From the NCBI RefSeq assembly GCF_032444005.1, contig NC_091283.1:500464001-500528000 (forward strand): DNA of 64,000 bases. Reading direction: 5' to 3'. The DNA comes from Ranitomeya imitator (taxonomy: Eukaryota). Of the stretch, positions 36,316-48,730 are shown in pieces. The notes under the pieces are model-generated. The model saw nothing but the letters and a program-made list of their open reading frames with translations, was not told the origin of the DNA and did not search any database. Position 1 is the stretch's first letter. Every line of letters begins with the position of its first letter. The position numbers were made by a program, and so were the translations under genes.

Positions 36316-39300
36316 CTACTTGGACTGGTGACCATGATCCTTGCTTTGGTGACTTTTTGCATGGTCAGATTCATTAGAACTGACATGTTTTTTTGAGAGG
36401 CTGAGTGATACTGCAATGAGAATGAATAAGGTTTAGTCAAAGTTAAGTCATGATGACCATCAGTGGTGTAGCTATAGGGATTGAAAGGATAACAGTTGCA
36501 GGTAGAAGAAGGAGGGCAAAGCTTATCTACCTCATAAAAAATACCAGTATGATTAATGACAAATGTTAAGTAAGGACACTTATCGATTTTACATTGGGGT
36601 CCTGAGGTTTCAAGTTACTCTGTTGATGGACATAACATGTTCAGTGGTACACACGAGTGTTATGTTTTTCAGGACGATTTCTTGTACATTTTTTAGTAGT
36701 TCCATTCAAGTATAATGTTTGGTGGCTAGTATGTAAAAAAGGGTGAAGCTTAAAAAAGCTATCTTATACAATATAACATAACAGTGTTATTGGGGGCCAT
36801 ATTAAGCGAATCAATATGACAATGAGAAAGAAGATATTGTGTAAACTATAGTTAATATAGGGAATCTATGGGAATGATGAATATTAGTCTAGACTCTGTT
36901 AAATATTATAGTGTACTGATCTAAAAGGAGACCTTAAATATCACTATAACTTTTCATGACAATTATTAATTTTTCAATGACAGAACTTATTGATTATTAT
37001 TCTGTAATGTTTTTTCCTATCTTTAGGAGTTATCACCCATCTTGCGAAAGGTGATGATAACCCAACTTCTAAAGATGGAAATAACTAAAAAAATATTAAA
37101 TTGTTCATTCTTTGAATAAGTAGAATGCTTAAATTGACATGTTCATTTTTATATTACGTCATTGTGATACTTACGCTCTTTGCTGATCTTATCATGATGG
37201 CGATGTTCAGGCATACTGCAACAAATAATAGTTCATATTTGAAATGTGCAATGTAAAAAATCATCAAGATCATTGTAAAAAAAAATTAACTGTTCATCAG
37301 TATTTAGCTAACCAGTGTGTTTTAAAGTACTTTCAATTTTTTCTACATGTGAGATGTATCAAATAATGATCTGTTGAAGGAAATTACTTAAAAGTGTCTA
37401 CAACCTTATTGCTACAACCTTTGGTACACCTTTGCAAGTTAATTCTTTGATAGTTTCATATTTGAAGCAGTATGATATGATAAGTCATTATTAAAATTTC
37501 ACATACTGGATGTCCTGTTCTTCAAGCAGTCTTTTGTATGTGGTGATCTCCATCTCTAGATAGGTGGTTTGGTCCATAAGAATTTTGTACTCATGGATCT
37601 GACGCTCTAGTTCTGAGCGAATCTTCAAGAGCTGGTCTTCTAGATTGTCAATCAGGGTTTGTAGATGGGAAAGCTGGGAACTAAATGTTGCTTCAGTCTC
37701 TGCCAATGTACACTCAAGTGCTGATTTCTGCAAACAGATGAATATATTTCAATTAAAATGTCCATTCTTGTTTTAACTAAGCGGGATTCTTTGATGAGTC
37801 CATCAGAATTTACGCGCAATAAAAGTCCAATATTTATAAAATATAAGAGGATTAATAATTTGTAACATCAAAATCCTACTAGAAGTGTAGTCCTCTAAAA
37901 GAAGTGATCTTTAGAGAGGTTTAATGATATAAAGTGTACCCACCATGGAATTCCTAGGACACACCCAAACAGTAATACTGGGTAGATATATCTGAACCCA
38001 CAAATCAACCATAATAAGAAAATCAACTAGTGGTATCACAGACATGTATTTTAGTAGAGTAAAAAGATATACATCTATTATCAATAAATATACCTTAGAT
38101 TTACAAATTAATTTATGTATTTTCTTGAAGAATTATTTGTACCATGCTCAGTTGACTTTGCAGTTCAATCTCCAGGGTTTGCAAGCATCGCTTCAAGTCA
38201 ATAACTTCAGTTTGGACTGACTGCAGTTGTTCGGACCCAGAAGCCACCTGACGATTTAATTCCTCACTCTTAAAAAGAATTGATATACAGTCACAAATGA
38301 ACAGTATGAGAGTAAAGTATTTCTACAAAATTAAGTAAAATTGGTTATTTTACCCTGGCAAGGAACATGCTCTCAACCTCCTTGAGGTTCCTATCCATCA
38401 AGTTTTCATATTGTTCTCGAATTTCAGACAAGACTCTGTTAAGGTCAACAGATGGAGCAGCATCCACTTGCACATTGATCCTGGCACCCAGTTGGTTGCG
38501 TAGAGCAGTAATGTCCTTTCAAGACACAAGATAAAGAAATCTTATTTCTTAAAAGCCTTGGAACATGGACAAAAAGTCACATTTAGGCTACTTTCTCACT
38601 TCCGTCTTTATAAAGACGTTGCATTGCGTCATTCTGTGCAAAAAACGCATCCTGCAAAGTTGCTCGCAGGATGCGTTTTTTGCACATAGACTTGTATTAC
38701 CGATGCATCGCGTCTGAAAACAGCATCCGCTGCCCACGTTGTGCTCTATTTTGCAAAACGTCTGTCGGTACGTCGGGCCGACGGATTGTGACGGCCCTGT
38801 ACCGATGGAAGTGTGAAAGTAGCCTTACTCAGCGGCTTTTATTTACATTAGGTTAGCATATACTAGGGGTGGGTGACATTTGAGAAATCCACTTATGTCT
38901 TCTAGCAGTTAGTATGTGAAGTTTTTGCTTCCCATGATTTGACAAACAAGCAAAGATGTCGTAAACCAGCCTACAGTTTTCACAGAAAATTCTACAACTG
39001 CTTCCTCGGGTTAATTTCCAAGTTCCAGGCATTGCTGTTGTCATATAGCCATGGTCATCACAGGCTTCAACATGGTGTAGAAAAGGAACTGAGGGCATCA
39101 CAAGAATCTAATTTTCCATTTTAAGGGTAAACACCTGTTAAATGTGCCACTGCGGCTATATTCAGTAATCTGTTAAACATACCTCTTCTTGGTGCTTCTT
39201 CATCTGAAGCAATTCATCCTGCAAACTTTGCAGTTGCATCTCCAGATCTGCTCTCTCTATATTTAGGCCTTCAAGAACTTTGCGCAATCCATTCAAGTCA

Positions 39301-40247
39301 GTCTCAACAAAGTTTCTCAGTCTAACCTCCATCTCATATCTTGGGGAAAACACAGATAGCAATTGAAAATTAATGTCTAAAAATGTTTTACTATCTCATT
39401 TTGATAACTATCTAGTTCCACTTACTTGTTCTTGAAATCATCAGCAGCTAGTCTAGCATTATCAATCTGAAGGACAATCTTGGCATTTTCAACAGATGCA
39501 GCCGAGATCTGTTATGAAGAAAGCTTGATCAAAGTTTCATGTAGTATATTTTATATCAACTACATGGTATACTACAGACAGCAAATCTTTAATTTCCCAT
39601 TCCCCGTAGCATATAAGAGATGCATATCTAGTTAATTTACATCAACTAAAATTTTGAGAACTAATTCTATGGTATATTCATCTTTAGTAGACTTAAAACT
39701 CCCCAAAGAAATAGTTTCAAATGCTGATATCACTTACTTTATTTTGAAATTCTTCGATGGTTTTATGGTAATGCTGAGAATCAGGTAGCGATGCATGAGC
39801 ATTTTTATCATACCACTCACAGATTTTCTTCTCAAGTTGAGTATTTTCTGTTTCCAGAGAACGGACCTTCTCAAGATAGGTAGCAAGACGGTCATTCAAA
39901 AGTTGCATTGTTTCCTTCTCATTGACATTAAAAAATCCCTCATTCTTCCAACCACCATGACTTCCCGTGTTGTTAAAGTGACTGTCAAGATTATGGCTAC
40001 TGTGTCCACCTCCATAGCTGCTTCCATGACTGAAGGAAGAGTGCTTGGAAAAGACAATTGGTTTAATCGGTCCACTATGAGCACTATGAGATACATGGTG
40101 AACTTTATGGTATCCTCCGTAATGGGCACCACCATGATGAATTGAGGACATATGGCTGGGAATCTTAGGAGAGTGGCTGCTAAGATGAACACTTGATTTG
40201 AAGTGTCCAGAAAGAGAATGGGTTTGCTTGTGCTGGCTGTGGCTCAT
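36316..40247 (-). CDS. His-rich type I keratin C, complete, 8 exons, ~464 aa
   Basis: Exons 40247-39738, 39508-39426 (83), 39339-39183 (157), 38515-38354 (162), 38268-38143 (126), 37727-37507 (221), 37215-37175 (41), 36410-36316; [30 protein letters not shown]; last exon less certain. Confidence 0.92.
38586..38824. mobile_element. PIF/Harbinger-like MITE in intron 3 of keratin C
   Basis: TTA|ggctactttctcact ... agtgtgaaagtagcc|TTA. Confidence 0.8.
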
Positions 40248-40329
40248 GTTGATGAAGTTGTATTGTTGATTTGTCGTCAGTGTATCTTCCTTGGAAAGAA
40301 GTTGATGTTTTGCTGTGTACAGGGCTCAC

Positions 40330-40336
40330 TTTTATA
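40330..40336 (-). promoter_or_regulatory. TATA box of keratin C
   Basis: TATAAAAG ~85 bp upstream of ATG. Confidence 0.7.
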
Positions 40337-41059
40337 TGCTGTGGTAACTATGAGGTTTTTAAGAGGATGTGCAATTTCCATACAATTATTAAGTTTTTCA
40401 GTCATTTCTTGATGTCAGCACATTACTTAAAAGTATTTAAATTGGGGCTAGTAAGCAATTTTTAGAACATCAGAGAGTAAAGGCATGGCCAGCAATGACT
40501 GTCATCTGTTGTAATTGTCTTTTAAGCTTAATTATATAAAATAGCAAAAAAGTAAACTTTTGACCCACCCTATTGATTTCAGTATTTAGTGCATCAAAGA
40601 TTTCATTCACATATTGCTTATAACTGTTGATTACAAACATCCCTTTTTACTATTTGAGCAATGATGGTTATAGAACAATAATGACAATAGCAAATGTCAC
40701 GTATATAAGTACCAATAGGCTATGTATGTAGAATCTCTTTTACCAGCTAAATAGATATACATTATGTTATTTAATTCTGTATGTGAATACACTATCCATA
40801 TTGGTGTAACATGAGGCTGCATATGATGACCAATAAAGTCCAACTTCTTACAAAAAAAAAACTGTGTATTGGGGCCTTCTAACCAAAGATGGATTAGGGA
40901 CTGGAGAAAAGAGTAATAAAACATATTTGGTCTTTTTCTGTCATTATGGGAGTTGAGCCTATGTCATAGGTTTTACCAGGAACTTACAATATTGCCATCT
41001 TAGTATTGAAATAAATATCTACCCTTGACAAAGTTTTTAGTGAAATAAGAAAACAGCTA

Positions 41060-41810
41060 CAGTGGCTTGAGAAAGTATTCACCCTGTTTGGCATTTTTCA
41101 TGTTTTGCTACCCCAGAACCTGGAATTTCACTGTTTTTTTAAGGTTTGCATCAGTACATGTAAAGGACATGCCTATATCTGTGAACACTGGGTTTTGTTT
41201 ATAATGGGAAGCAAATATTAAATAGGACAAAATAACTCAAAACATCTTTCTACATCTTGTCACTGGAATATTTGTCCATTCATTAAGGCAAAACTGCTCC
41301 AGCTCCTTCATGTTAGATGGTTTCCTCTGGTGAACAGCAATCTTCAAGTCTGAACACAGATTGTCAATGGGATTAAGGTCTGGACTTTAACTAGGCCACT
41401 CCAAAACATAAACATCTTTCATCTTAAACCACTTGAGTGTTGTTTTAGTAGTATGTTTTAGGCCATTGTCTTGTTGGAAGGTAAACCTCAATCCCAGTCT
41501 CAAATCACTGACAAACTGAAAAAGGTTTTGCTCAAGAATATCCTTGTATTTCACACCATCAAATCTTCCCCTCAACTTGGACCACTTTCCCCCTCCATGC
41601 TGCCAAAAAACATCCTCATAGCATCATGACACCCCTATGGGGATTGTGTTCTAGGGTTGATGAGCTGAGTTGGTTTGGTGTCAGACATACCATTTACCTT
41701 GCTGAGCACAGCACCTTCCTCTATATCTTTGAGGAGTCTCCCACATGTCTTTTGGCAATGTAACAAAATAGATAAAAAGTTAAGAGGGTGAATACTTTAG
41801 CAAGTCACTG
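41060..41810 (-). mobile_element. Internally deleted Tc1 transposon
   Basis: TA|cagtggcttgagaaagtattcacc ... ggtgaatactttagcaagtcactg|TA; remnant FTFQQDNGLKH..LEWPS. Confidence 0.85.
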
Positions 41811-41851
41811 TAGCTGTCATCATTTACAGTGATTCTGATTAATTCCATATA

Positions 41852-43240
41852 CAGTACAGACCAAAAGTTTGGACACACCTTCTCATTTAAAGATTTTTTT
41901 GTATTTTCATGACTATGAAAATTGTACTTTCACACTGAAGGCATCAAAACTATGAATTAACGCAGGTGGAATTATATACTTAACAAAAAAGTGTGAAACC
42001 ACTGAAAATATGTCTTATATTCTAGGTTCTTAAAAGTAGCCACCTTTTGCTTTGATGACTGCTTTGCACACTCTTGGCATTCTCTTGATGAGCTTCAAGA
42101 GGTAGTCACCGGGAATGGTTTTCACTTCACAGGTGTGCCCTGTCAGGTTTAATAAGTGGGATTTCTTGCCTTATAAATTGGGTTGGGACCAACAGTTGTG
42201 TTGTGCAGAAGTCTGGTGGATACACAGGTGATAGTCCTAGTGAAGAGACTGTTAGAATTTGTATTATGGCCAGAAAAAAGCAGCTAAGTAAAGAAAAATG
42301 AGTGGCCATCATTACTTTAAAAAATGAAGGTCAGTCAGTCCAAAAAATTGGGAAAACTTTGAAAGTGTCCCCAAGTGCAGTGGCAAAAACCATCAAGTGC
42401 TACAAAGAAATTGGCTCACATTAGGATCGCCCCAGGAAAGGAAGACCAAGAGTCACCTCTGCTTCTGAGGATAAGTTTATCCGAGTCACCAGCCTCAGAA
42501 ATCGCAGGGTAGCAGCAGATCAGATTAGAGATCAGGTCAATGCCACACAGAGATCTAGCAGCAGACACATCTCTACAACAACTGTTAAGAGGAGACTTTG
42601 TGCAGCAGGCCTTCATGGTAAAATAGCTGCTAGGAAACCACTGCTAAGGACAGGCAACAAGCAGAAGAGACTTGTTTGGGCTAAAGAACGCAAGGAATGG
42701 ACAATAGACCAGCGGAGATCTGTGCTTTAGTCTGATGAGTCCAAATTTGAGATCTTTGGTTCCAACCATAGTGTCTTTGTGCGACGCAGAAAAGGTGAAC
42801 GGATGGACTCTACATGCCTGGTTCACACCGTGAAACATGAAGGAGGAGGTGTAATGGTGTGGGGGTGCATTGCTGGTGACACTGTTGGGGATTTATTCAA
42901 AATTGAAGGCATACTGAACCAGCATGGCTACCACAGCATCTTGCAGCGGCATGCTATTCCATCCAGTTTGCGCTTAGTTGGACCATCATTTATTTTTCAA
43001 CAGGACAATGACCCCAAACACACCTCTAGGCTGTGTAAGGGCTATTTGACCAAGACGGAGAGTGATGGGCTGCTACGCCAGATGACCTGGCCTCCAGAGT
43101 CACCAGACCTGAACCCAATCAAGATGGTTTGGGGTGAGCTGGACCACAGAGTGAAGGCAAAAAGGCCAACAAGTGCTAAGCATCTCTGGGAACTCTTTCA
43201 AGATTGTTGGAAGACCATTCCCGGTGACTTCTTCTTGAAG
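41852..43240 (+). mobile_element. Tc1-like DD38E (Intruder-type) transposon pseudogene, 3'-truncated
   Basis: TA|cagtacagaccaaaagtttggacac; transposase from ATG 42266 with several stops; QQDNDPKH + 38-residue spacing to NPIK (E>K); breaks at IPGDFFLK. Confidence 0.8.
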
Positions 43241-46200
43241 CAGTCTGGGCCTCACAGAGCGACGCTCCCGGGAGATCGCGGTGTGCGTTCACACTGAACA
43301 CACACCGCGATCTCCACCGCAGAAGCAGGGACCGCCAGGAGGGTGAGTATCGACCTATATTCACCTGTCCCCGTTCCATCGCTGAGCGGCGCCATCTTCC
43401 CGGTCTTCGGTCTGTGGCCTTCAGTTCAGAGGGCGCGATGACGCGCTTAATGCGCGCCGGCGCCGCCCTCTGACTGAACAGTCACGGCCAGGAGACCGGG
43501 AAGATGGCGGCGCTCAGCGATGGAACGCCGGACAGGTGAGTATAGTAAGTGCTGGGGGGGCCTGAGCTGGCGGCGATACCGGCACCTGACCCCCACAGCG
43601 CGCCGGTGTCCCCGCCTGCTCAGGCCCCCCAGCACTCGGCGCCGAGCGGGTCAGAGGCAGTATGGGGACGCAGGATGGAGCAGCACATAAGGATGGGGAC
43701 GCAGGATGGAGCAGCACATAAGGATGGGGACGCAGGATGCAGCAGTACATAAGGATGGGGACGCAGGATGGAGCAGCACATAAGGATGGGGACGCAGGAT
43801 GGAGCAGCACATAAGGATGGGGACGCAGGATGGAGCAGCACATAAGGATGGGGACGCAGGATGGAGCAGCACATAAGGATGGGGACGCAGGATGGAGCAG
43901 CACATGACAGGATGGGGACGCAGGATGGAGCAGCACATAAGGTTTGGGACGCAGGATGGAGCAGCACATAAGGATGGGGACGCAGGATGGAGCAGCACAT
44001 AAGGATGGGGACGCAGGATGGAGCAGCACATGACAGGATGGGGACGCAGGATGGGAGCAGCACATAAGGATGGGGACGCAGGATGGAGCAGCACATAAGG
44101 ATGGGGAAGCAGGATGGAGCAGCACATAAGGATGGGGACGCAGGATGGAGCAGCGCATGACAGGATGGGGATGCAGGATGGAGCAGCACATGGCAGGATG
44201 GGGACGCAGGATGGAGCTGCACATAAGGATGGGGACGCAGGATGGAGCAGCACATAAGGATGGGGACGCAGGATGGGAGCAGCACATAAGGATGGGGACG
44301 CAGGATGGAGCAGCACATAAGGATGGGGAAGCAGGATGGAGCAGCACATAAGGATGGGGACGCAGGATGGAGCAGCGCATGACAGGATGGGGATGCAGGA
44401 TGGAGCAGCACATGGCAGGATGGGGACGCAGGATGGAGCTGCACATAAGGATGGGGACGCAGGATGGAGCAGCACATAAGGATGGGGACGCAGGATGGAG
44501 CAGCACATAAGGATGGGGACGCAGGATGGAGCAGCACATAAGGATGGGGACGCAGGATGGAGCAGCACATGACAGGATGGGGACGCAGGATGGAGCAGCA
44601 CATAAGGTTTGGGACGCAGGATGGAGCAGCACATAAGGATGGGGACGCAGGATGGAGCAGCACATAAGGATGGGGACGCAGGATGGAGCAGCACATGACA
44701 GGATGGGGACGCAGGATGGGAGCAGCACATAAGGATGGGGACGCAGGATGGAGCAGCACATAAGGATGGGGAAGCAGGATGGAGCAGCACATAAGGATGG
44801 GGACGCAGGATGGAGCAGCGCATGACAGGATGGGGATGCAGGATGGAGCAGCACATGGCAGGATGGGGACGCAGGATGGAGCTGCACATAAGGATGGGGA
44901 CGCAGGATGGAGCAGCACATAAGGATAGGGACGCAGGATGGAGCAGCACATAACAGGATGGGGACGCAGGATGGAGCAGCACATAAGGATGGGGACGCAG
45001 GATGGAGCAGCACATAAGGATGGGGACGCAGGATGCAGCATGAACATAACGATGGGGACGCAGGATGCAGCATGAACATAAGGATGGGGACGCAGGATGG
45101 GAGCAGCACATAAGGATGGGGACGCAGGATGGAGCAGCACATAAGGATGGGGACGCAGGATGGAGCAGCACATAAGGATGGGGACGCAGGATGCAGCATG
45201 AACATAAGGATGGGGACGCAGGATGCAGCATGAACATAAGGATGGGGACTCAGGATGCAGCATGAACATAAGGATGGGGACGCAGGATGCAGCAGCACAT
45301 AAGGATGGGGACGCAGGATGCAGCATGAACATAAGGATGGGGACGCAGGATGGGAGCAGCACATAAGGATGGGGACGCAGGATGCAGCAGCACATAAGGA
45401 TGGGGACGCAGGATGCAGCATGAACATAAGGATGGGGACGCAGGATGGGAGCAGCACATAAGGATGGGGACGCAGGATGCAGCAGCACATAAGGATGGGG
45501 ACGCAGGATGGAGCAGCACATAAGGATGGGGACGCAGGATGGAGCAGCACATAAGGATGGGGACGCAGGATGCAGCATGAACATAAGGATGGGGACGCAG
45601 GATGCAGCAGCACATAAGGATGGGGACGCAGGATGCAGCAGTACATAAGGATGGGGACGCAGGATGCAGCAGCACATAAGGATGGGGACGCAGGATGGAG
45701 CAGCACATAAGGATGGGGACGCAGGATGCAGCAGCACATAAGGATGGGGACGCAGGATGCAGCAGCACATAAGGATGGGGACGCAGGATGCAGCATGAAC
45801 ATAAGGATGGGGACGCAGGATGCAGCAGCACATAAGGATGGGGACGCAGGATGCAGCAGTACATAAGGATGGGGACGCAGGATGGAGCAGCACATAAGAA
45901 TGGGGACGCAGGATGCAGCAGCACATAAGGATGGGGACGCAGGATGCAGCAGCACATAAGGATGGGGACGCAGGATGCAGCAGCACATAAGGATGGGGAC
46001 GCAGGATGCAGCAGCACATAAGGATGGGGACGCAGAATGGAGCAGCACATAAGGATGGGGACGCAGGATGGTAGCAGCACATAAGGATGGGGACGCAGGA
46101 TGGAGCAGCACATAAGGATGGGGACGCAGGATGCAGCAGCACATAAGGATGGGGACGCAGGATGCAGCAGCACATAAGGATGGGGACGCAGGATGCAGCA

Positions 46201-46660
46201 GCACATAAGGATGGGGACGCAGGATGGAGCAGCGCATGACAGGATGGGGACGCATGATGGAGCAGCGCATGACAGGATGGGGACGCAGGATGGAGCAGCA
46301 CATGACAGGATGGGGACGCAGGATGGGAGCAGCGCATCACAGGATGGGAGCAGCGCATCACAGGATGGGGACGCAGGATGGGAGCAGCGCATGACAGGAT
46401 GGGGACGCAGGATGGGAGCAGCGCATGACAGGAAAGGGAACGCAGGATGGAGCAGCACATGACAGGATGGGGACGCAGGATGGAGCAGCGCATGACAGGA
46501 TGGGGACGCAGGATGGAGCAGCACATGACAGGATGGGGACGCAGGATGGAGCAGCGCATGACAGGATGGGGACGCAGGATGGAGCAGCACATACCATGAT
46601 GGAGACAATATACCAATATAAATGCTCGCCACCCGGGCGTAGAACGGGTTCAATAGCTAG
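43241..46660 (+). mobile_element. Non-autonomous Helitron-like element carrying a large minisatellite (5' boundary uncertain)
   Basis: 3' hairpin acccg..cgggt, 7 nt spacer, CTAG|T at 46657-46661; CpG-rich inverted repeat 43356-43545. Confidence 0.55.
43662..46593. repeat. ~2.9-kb G-rich minisatellite, ~32-35 bp unit GGATGGGGACGCAGGATGGAGCAGCACATAA
   Basis: About 90 direct tandem units with variant blocks. Confidence 0.97.
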
Positions 46661-46727
46661 TTAATAAATAATAGTAAGAAAGAACAAAAAATGGCTGCAC
46701 TCACCAGCTCTTGACAATTCTTGTTAT

Positions 46728-47501
46728 TTAAGGTACAGTTACACAGGATCCATGAACATGCTTATGAGGGGAGGGATGAAAGACATCAGACGACAACTTC
46801 TCCTCTGTACTCTTGTTAGCACGCTGTTTGCGCTTACGTGCGGCATCGGCGGCTTTTCGCTCTGCATCATTACCATACTTTATATCAGACCTGATCTTAC
46901 GTGCGCCATCAGCAGCTTTGGACTCTGTGTCATTAGTATACTTAACAGTATCCAGGCGCTTGCATCTATCCTCTGTACTCTTGTTAACACGCTGTTTGCG
47001 CTTACGTGCGGCATCGACGGCTTTTCGCTCTGCATCATTACCATACTTTATATCAGACCTGATCTTACGTGCGCCATCAGCAGCTTTGGGCTCTGTGTCA
47101 TTAGTATACTTAACAGTATCCAGGCACTTGCATCTATCCTCTGTACTCTTGTTAACACGCTGTTTGCGCTTACGTGCGGCATCGGCGGCTTTTCGCTCTG
47201 CATCATTACCATACTTTATATCAGACCTGATCTTACGTGCGCCATCATAAGCTTTGGACTCTGTGTCATTAGTATACTTAACAGTGTCCATGCGCTTGCA
47301 TCTATCCTCTGTACTCTTGTTAGCACGCTGTTTGCGCTTACGTGCGGCATCGGCGTCTTTTTGCTCTGCATTATTAGTATACTTTCTATCAGACCTAATC
47401 TTACGCGCGCCATCAGCAGCTTTGGGCTCTGTGTCATTAGTATCCTTACTATTAGAGCTCATGTTGGCTAAGCTAAACAGCTTTAAGCGTGGTGGTGGCA
47501 A
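46728..47501 (-). CDS. Basic 58-aa tandem-repeat ORF (STPR-like), probable Helitron RepHel N-terminus, truncated
   Basis: 174-bp unit x ~3.6; AARKRKQRANKSTEDRCKRLD motif; downstream of a Helitron-type 5' end at 48276/48730. Confidence 0.5.
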   Translation of the reverse strand: MPPPRLKLFSLANMSSNSKDTNDTEPKAADGARKIRSDRKYTNNAEQKDADAARKRKQRANKSTEDRCKRMDTVKYTNDTESKAYDGARKIRSDIKYGNDAERKAADAARKRKQRVNKSTEDRCKCLDTVKYTNDTEPKAADGARKIRSDIKYGNDAERKAVDAARKRKQRVNKSTEDRCKRLDTVKYTNDTESKAADGARKIRSDIKYGNDAERKAADAARKRKQRANKSTEEKLSSDVFHPSPHKHVHGSCVTVP

Positions 47502-48730
47502 ACAACAGGTTAATAAGAGGCAGTGTCAGGTAGTAGGAAAATAGCCAGTTAATAATAGGCAATAGTTCTTTGCAGGAATGCAGATATTAATAAATAGGCA
47601 GTTTATATTGCAGAGAAATTGCTGGGCAATAATGGACAATGTCCTTATGTGGCAAATAATAGAGCAATATACCCAATGTGGCAAAGAAGAGGTTAATAAA
47701 CGGCAGTCTCTCAGTATAACAGTCAGTGAATAATAGGCAGTATATGGAGAAAACACCAAACAAAAGTTCAAAATTGGTGTGAAAATGTCACTGAACCACT
47801 TCACAACTAAATATATATAGTTTTGGTAAATGGTATTATCATTTTTTTGACGAAATTCGGCAGGAGCTTGAAGAGCAACGTCACTGGGCCCGCCTCCACG
47901 CAGTAGAAACTTGCTGTGAGGTAAAAATTCAAAAATCACACCAAAATGGCGGGCGGAGTGTGTCACAGTACGGCACGTTTCTGATCTGTCGCTCGCAGCA
48001 GGCGGCAACCAATCAGACACTGGACACTGTTGACGTCACTTATCTCCGGACATTAGCTCCGGACATTATCTCCGCACATTAGCTCCGGACATTAGCTCCG
48101 CACATTAGCTCCGGACAAAGCCACGGAAGTTGGCACAAATTGCAGGAAGTAGTATTCTAGGCAATTAATCTCCGGACATTAGCTCCGGACATTAGCTCCG
48201 GACATTAGCTCCGGACAAAGCCACGGAAGTTGGCACAAATTGCAGGAAGTAGTATTCTAGGCAATTATATATTAGATGTGGCAAAGAAGAGGTTAATAAA
48301 CGGCAATCTCTCAGTATAACAGTCAGTGAATAATAGGCAGTATATGGAGAAAACACCAAACAAAAGTTCAAAATTGGTGTGAAAATGTCACTGAACCACT
48401 TCACAACTAAATATATATAGTTTTGGTAAATGGTATTATCATTTTTTTGACGAAATTCGGCAGGAGCTTGAAGAGCAACGTCACTGGGCCCGCCTCCACG
48501 CAGTAGAAACTTGCTGTGAGGTAAAAATTCAAAAATCACACCAAAATGGCGGGCGGAGTGTGTCACAGTACGGCACGTTTCTGATTGGTCGCTCGCAGCA
48601 GGCGGCAACCAATCAGACACTGGACACTGTTGACGTCACTTATCTCCGGACATTAGCTCCGGACATTAGCTCCGGACAGGAAGTTGGCACAAATTGCAGG
48701 AAGTAGTATTCTAGGCAATTATATATTAGA
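46797..48730 (-). mobile_element. Helitron 5' fragment with duplicated 5' ends
   Basis: Minus strand A|TCTAATATATAATTGCC at 48730 and again at 48276; 47677-48170 repeated as 48277-48730; (agctccggacatt)n array. Confidence 0.65.

Noticed and set aside
43662-46593. CRISPR-like appearance of regular ~33-bp repeats (also 27297-28060, 57720-58250)
   Set aside because: Repeats are directly adjacent with no unique spacers, no cas genes, and the context is eukaryotic.
43514-46653. Very long ORFs (929, 998, 528, 467 aa) of CCSILRPHP repeats
   Set aside because: Translations of the stop-free strand of a ~33-bp minisatellite, open in all three minus frames; not a gene.
46752-47471. 239-aa hydrophobic ORF resembling a membrane protein
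   Set aside because: Antisense shadow of the 174-bp repeat ORF; no independent support.
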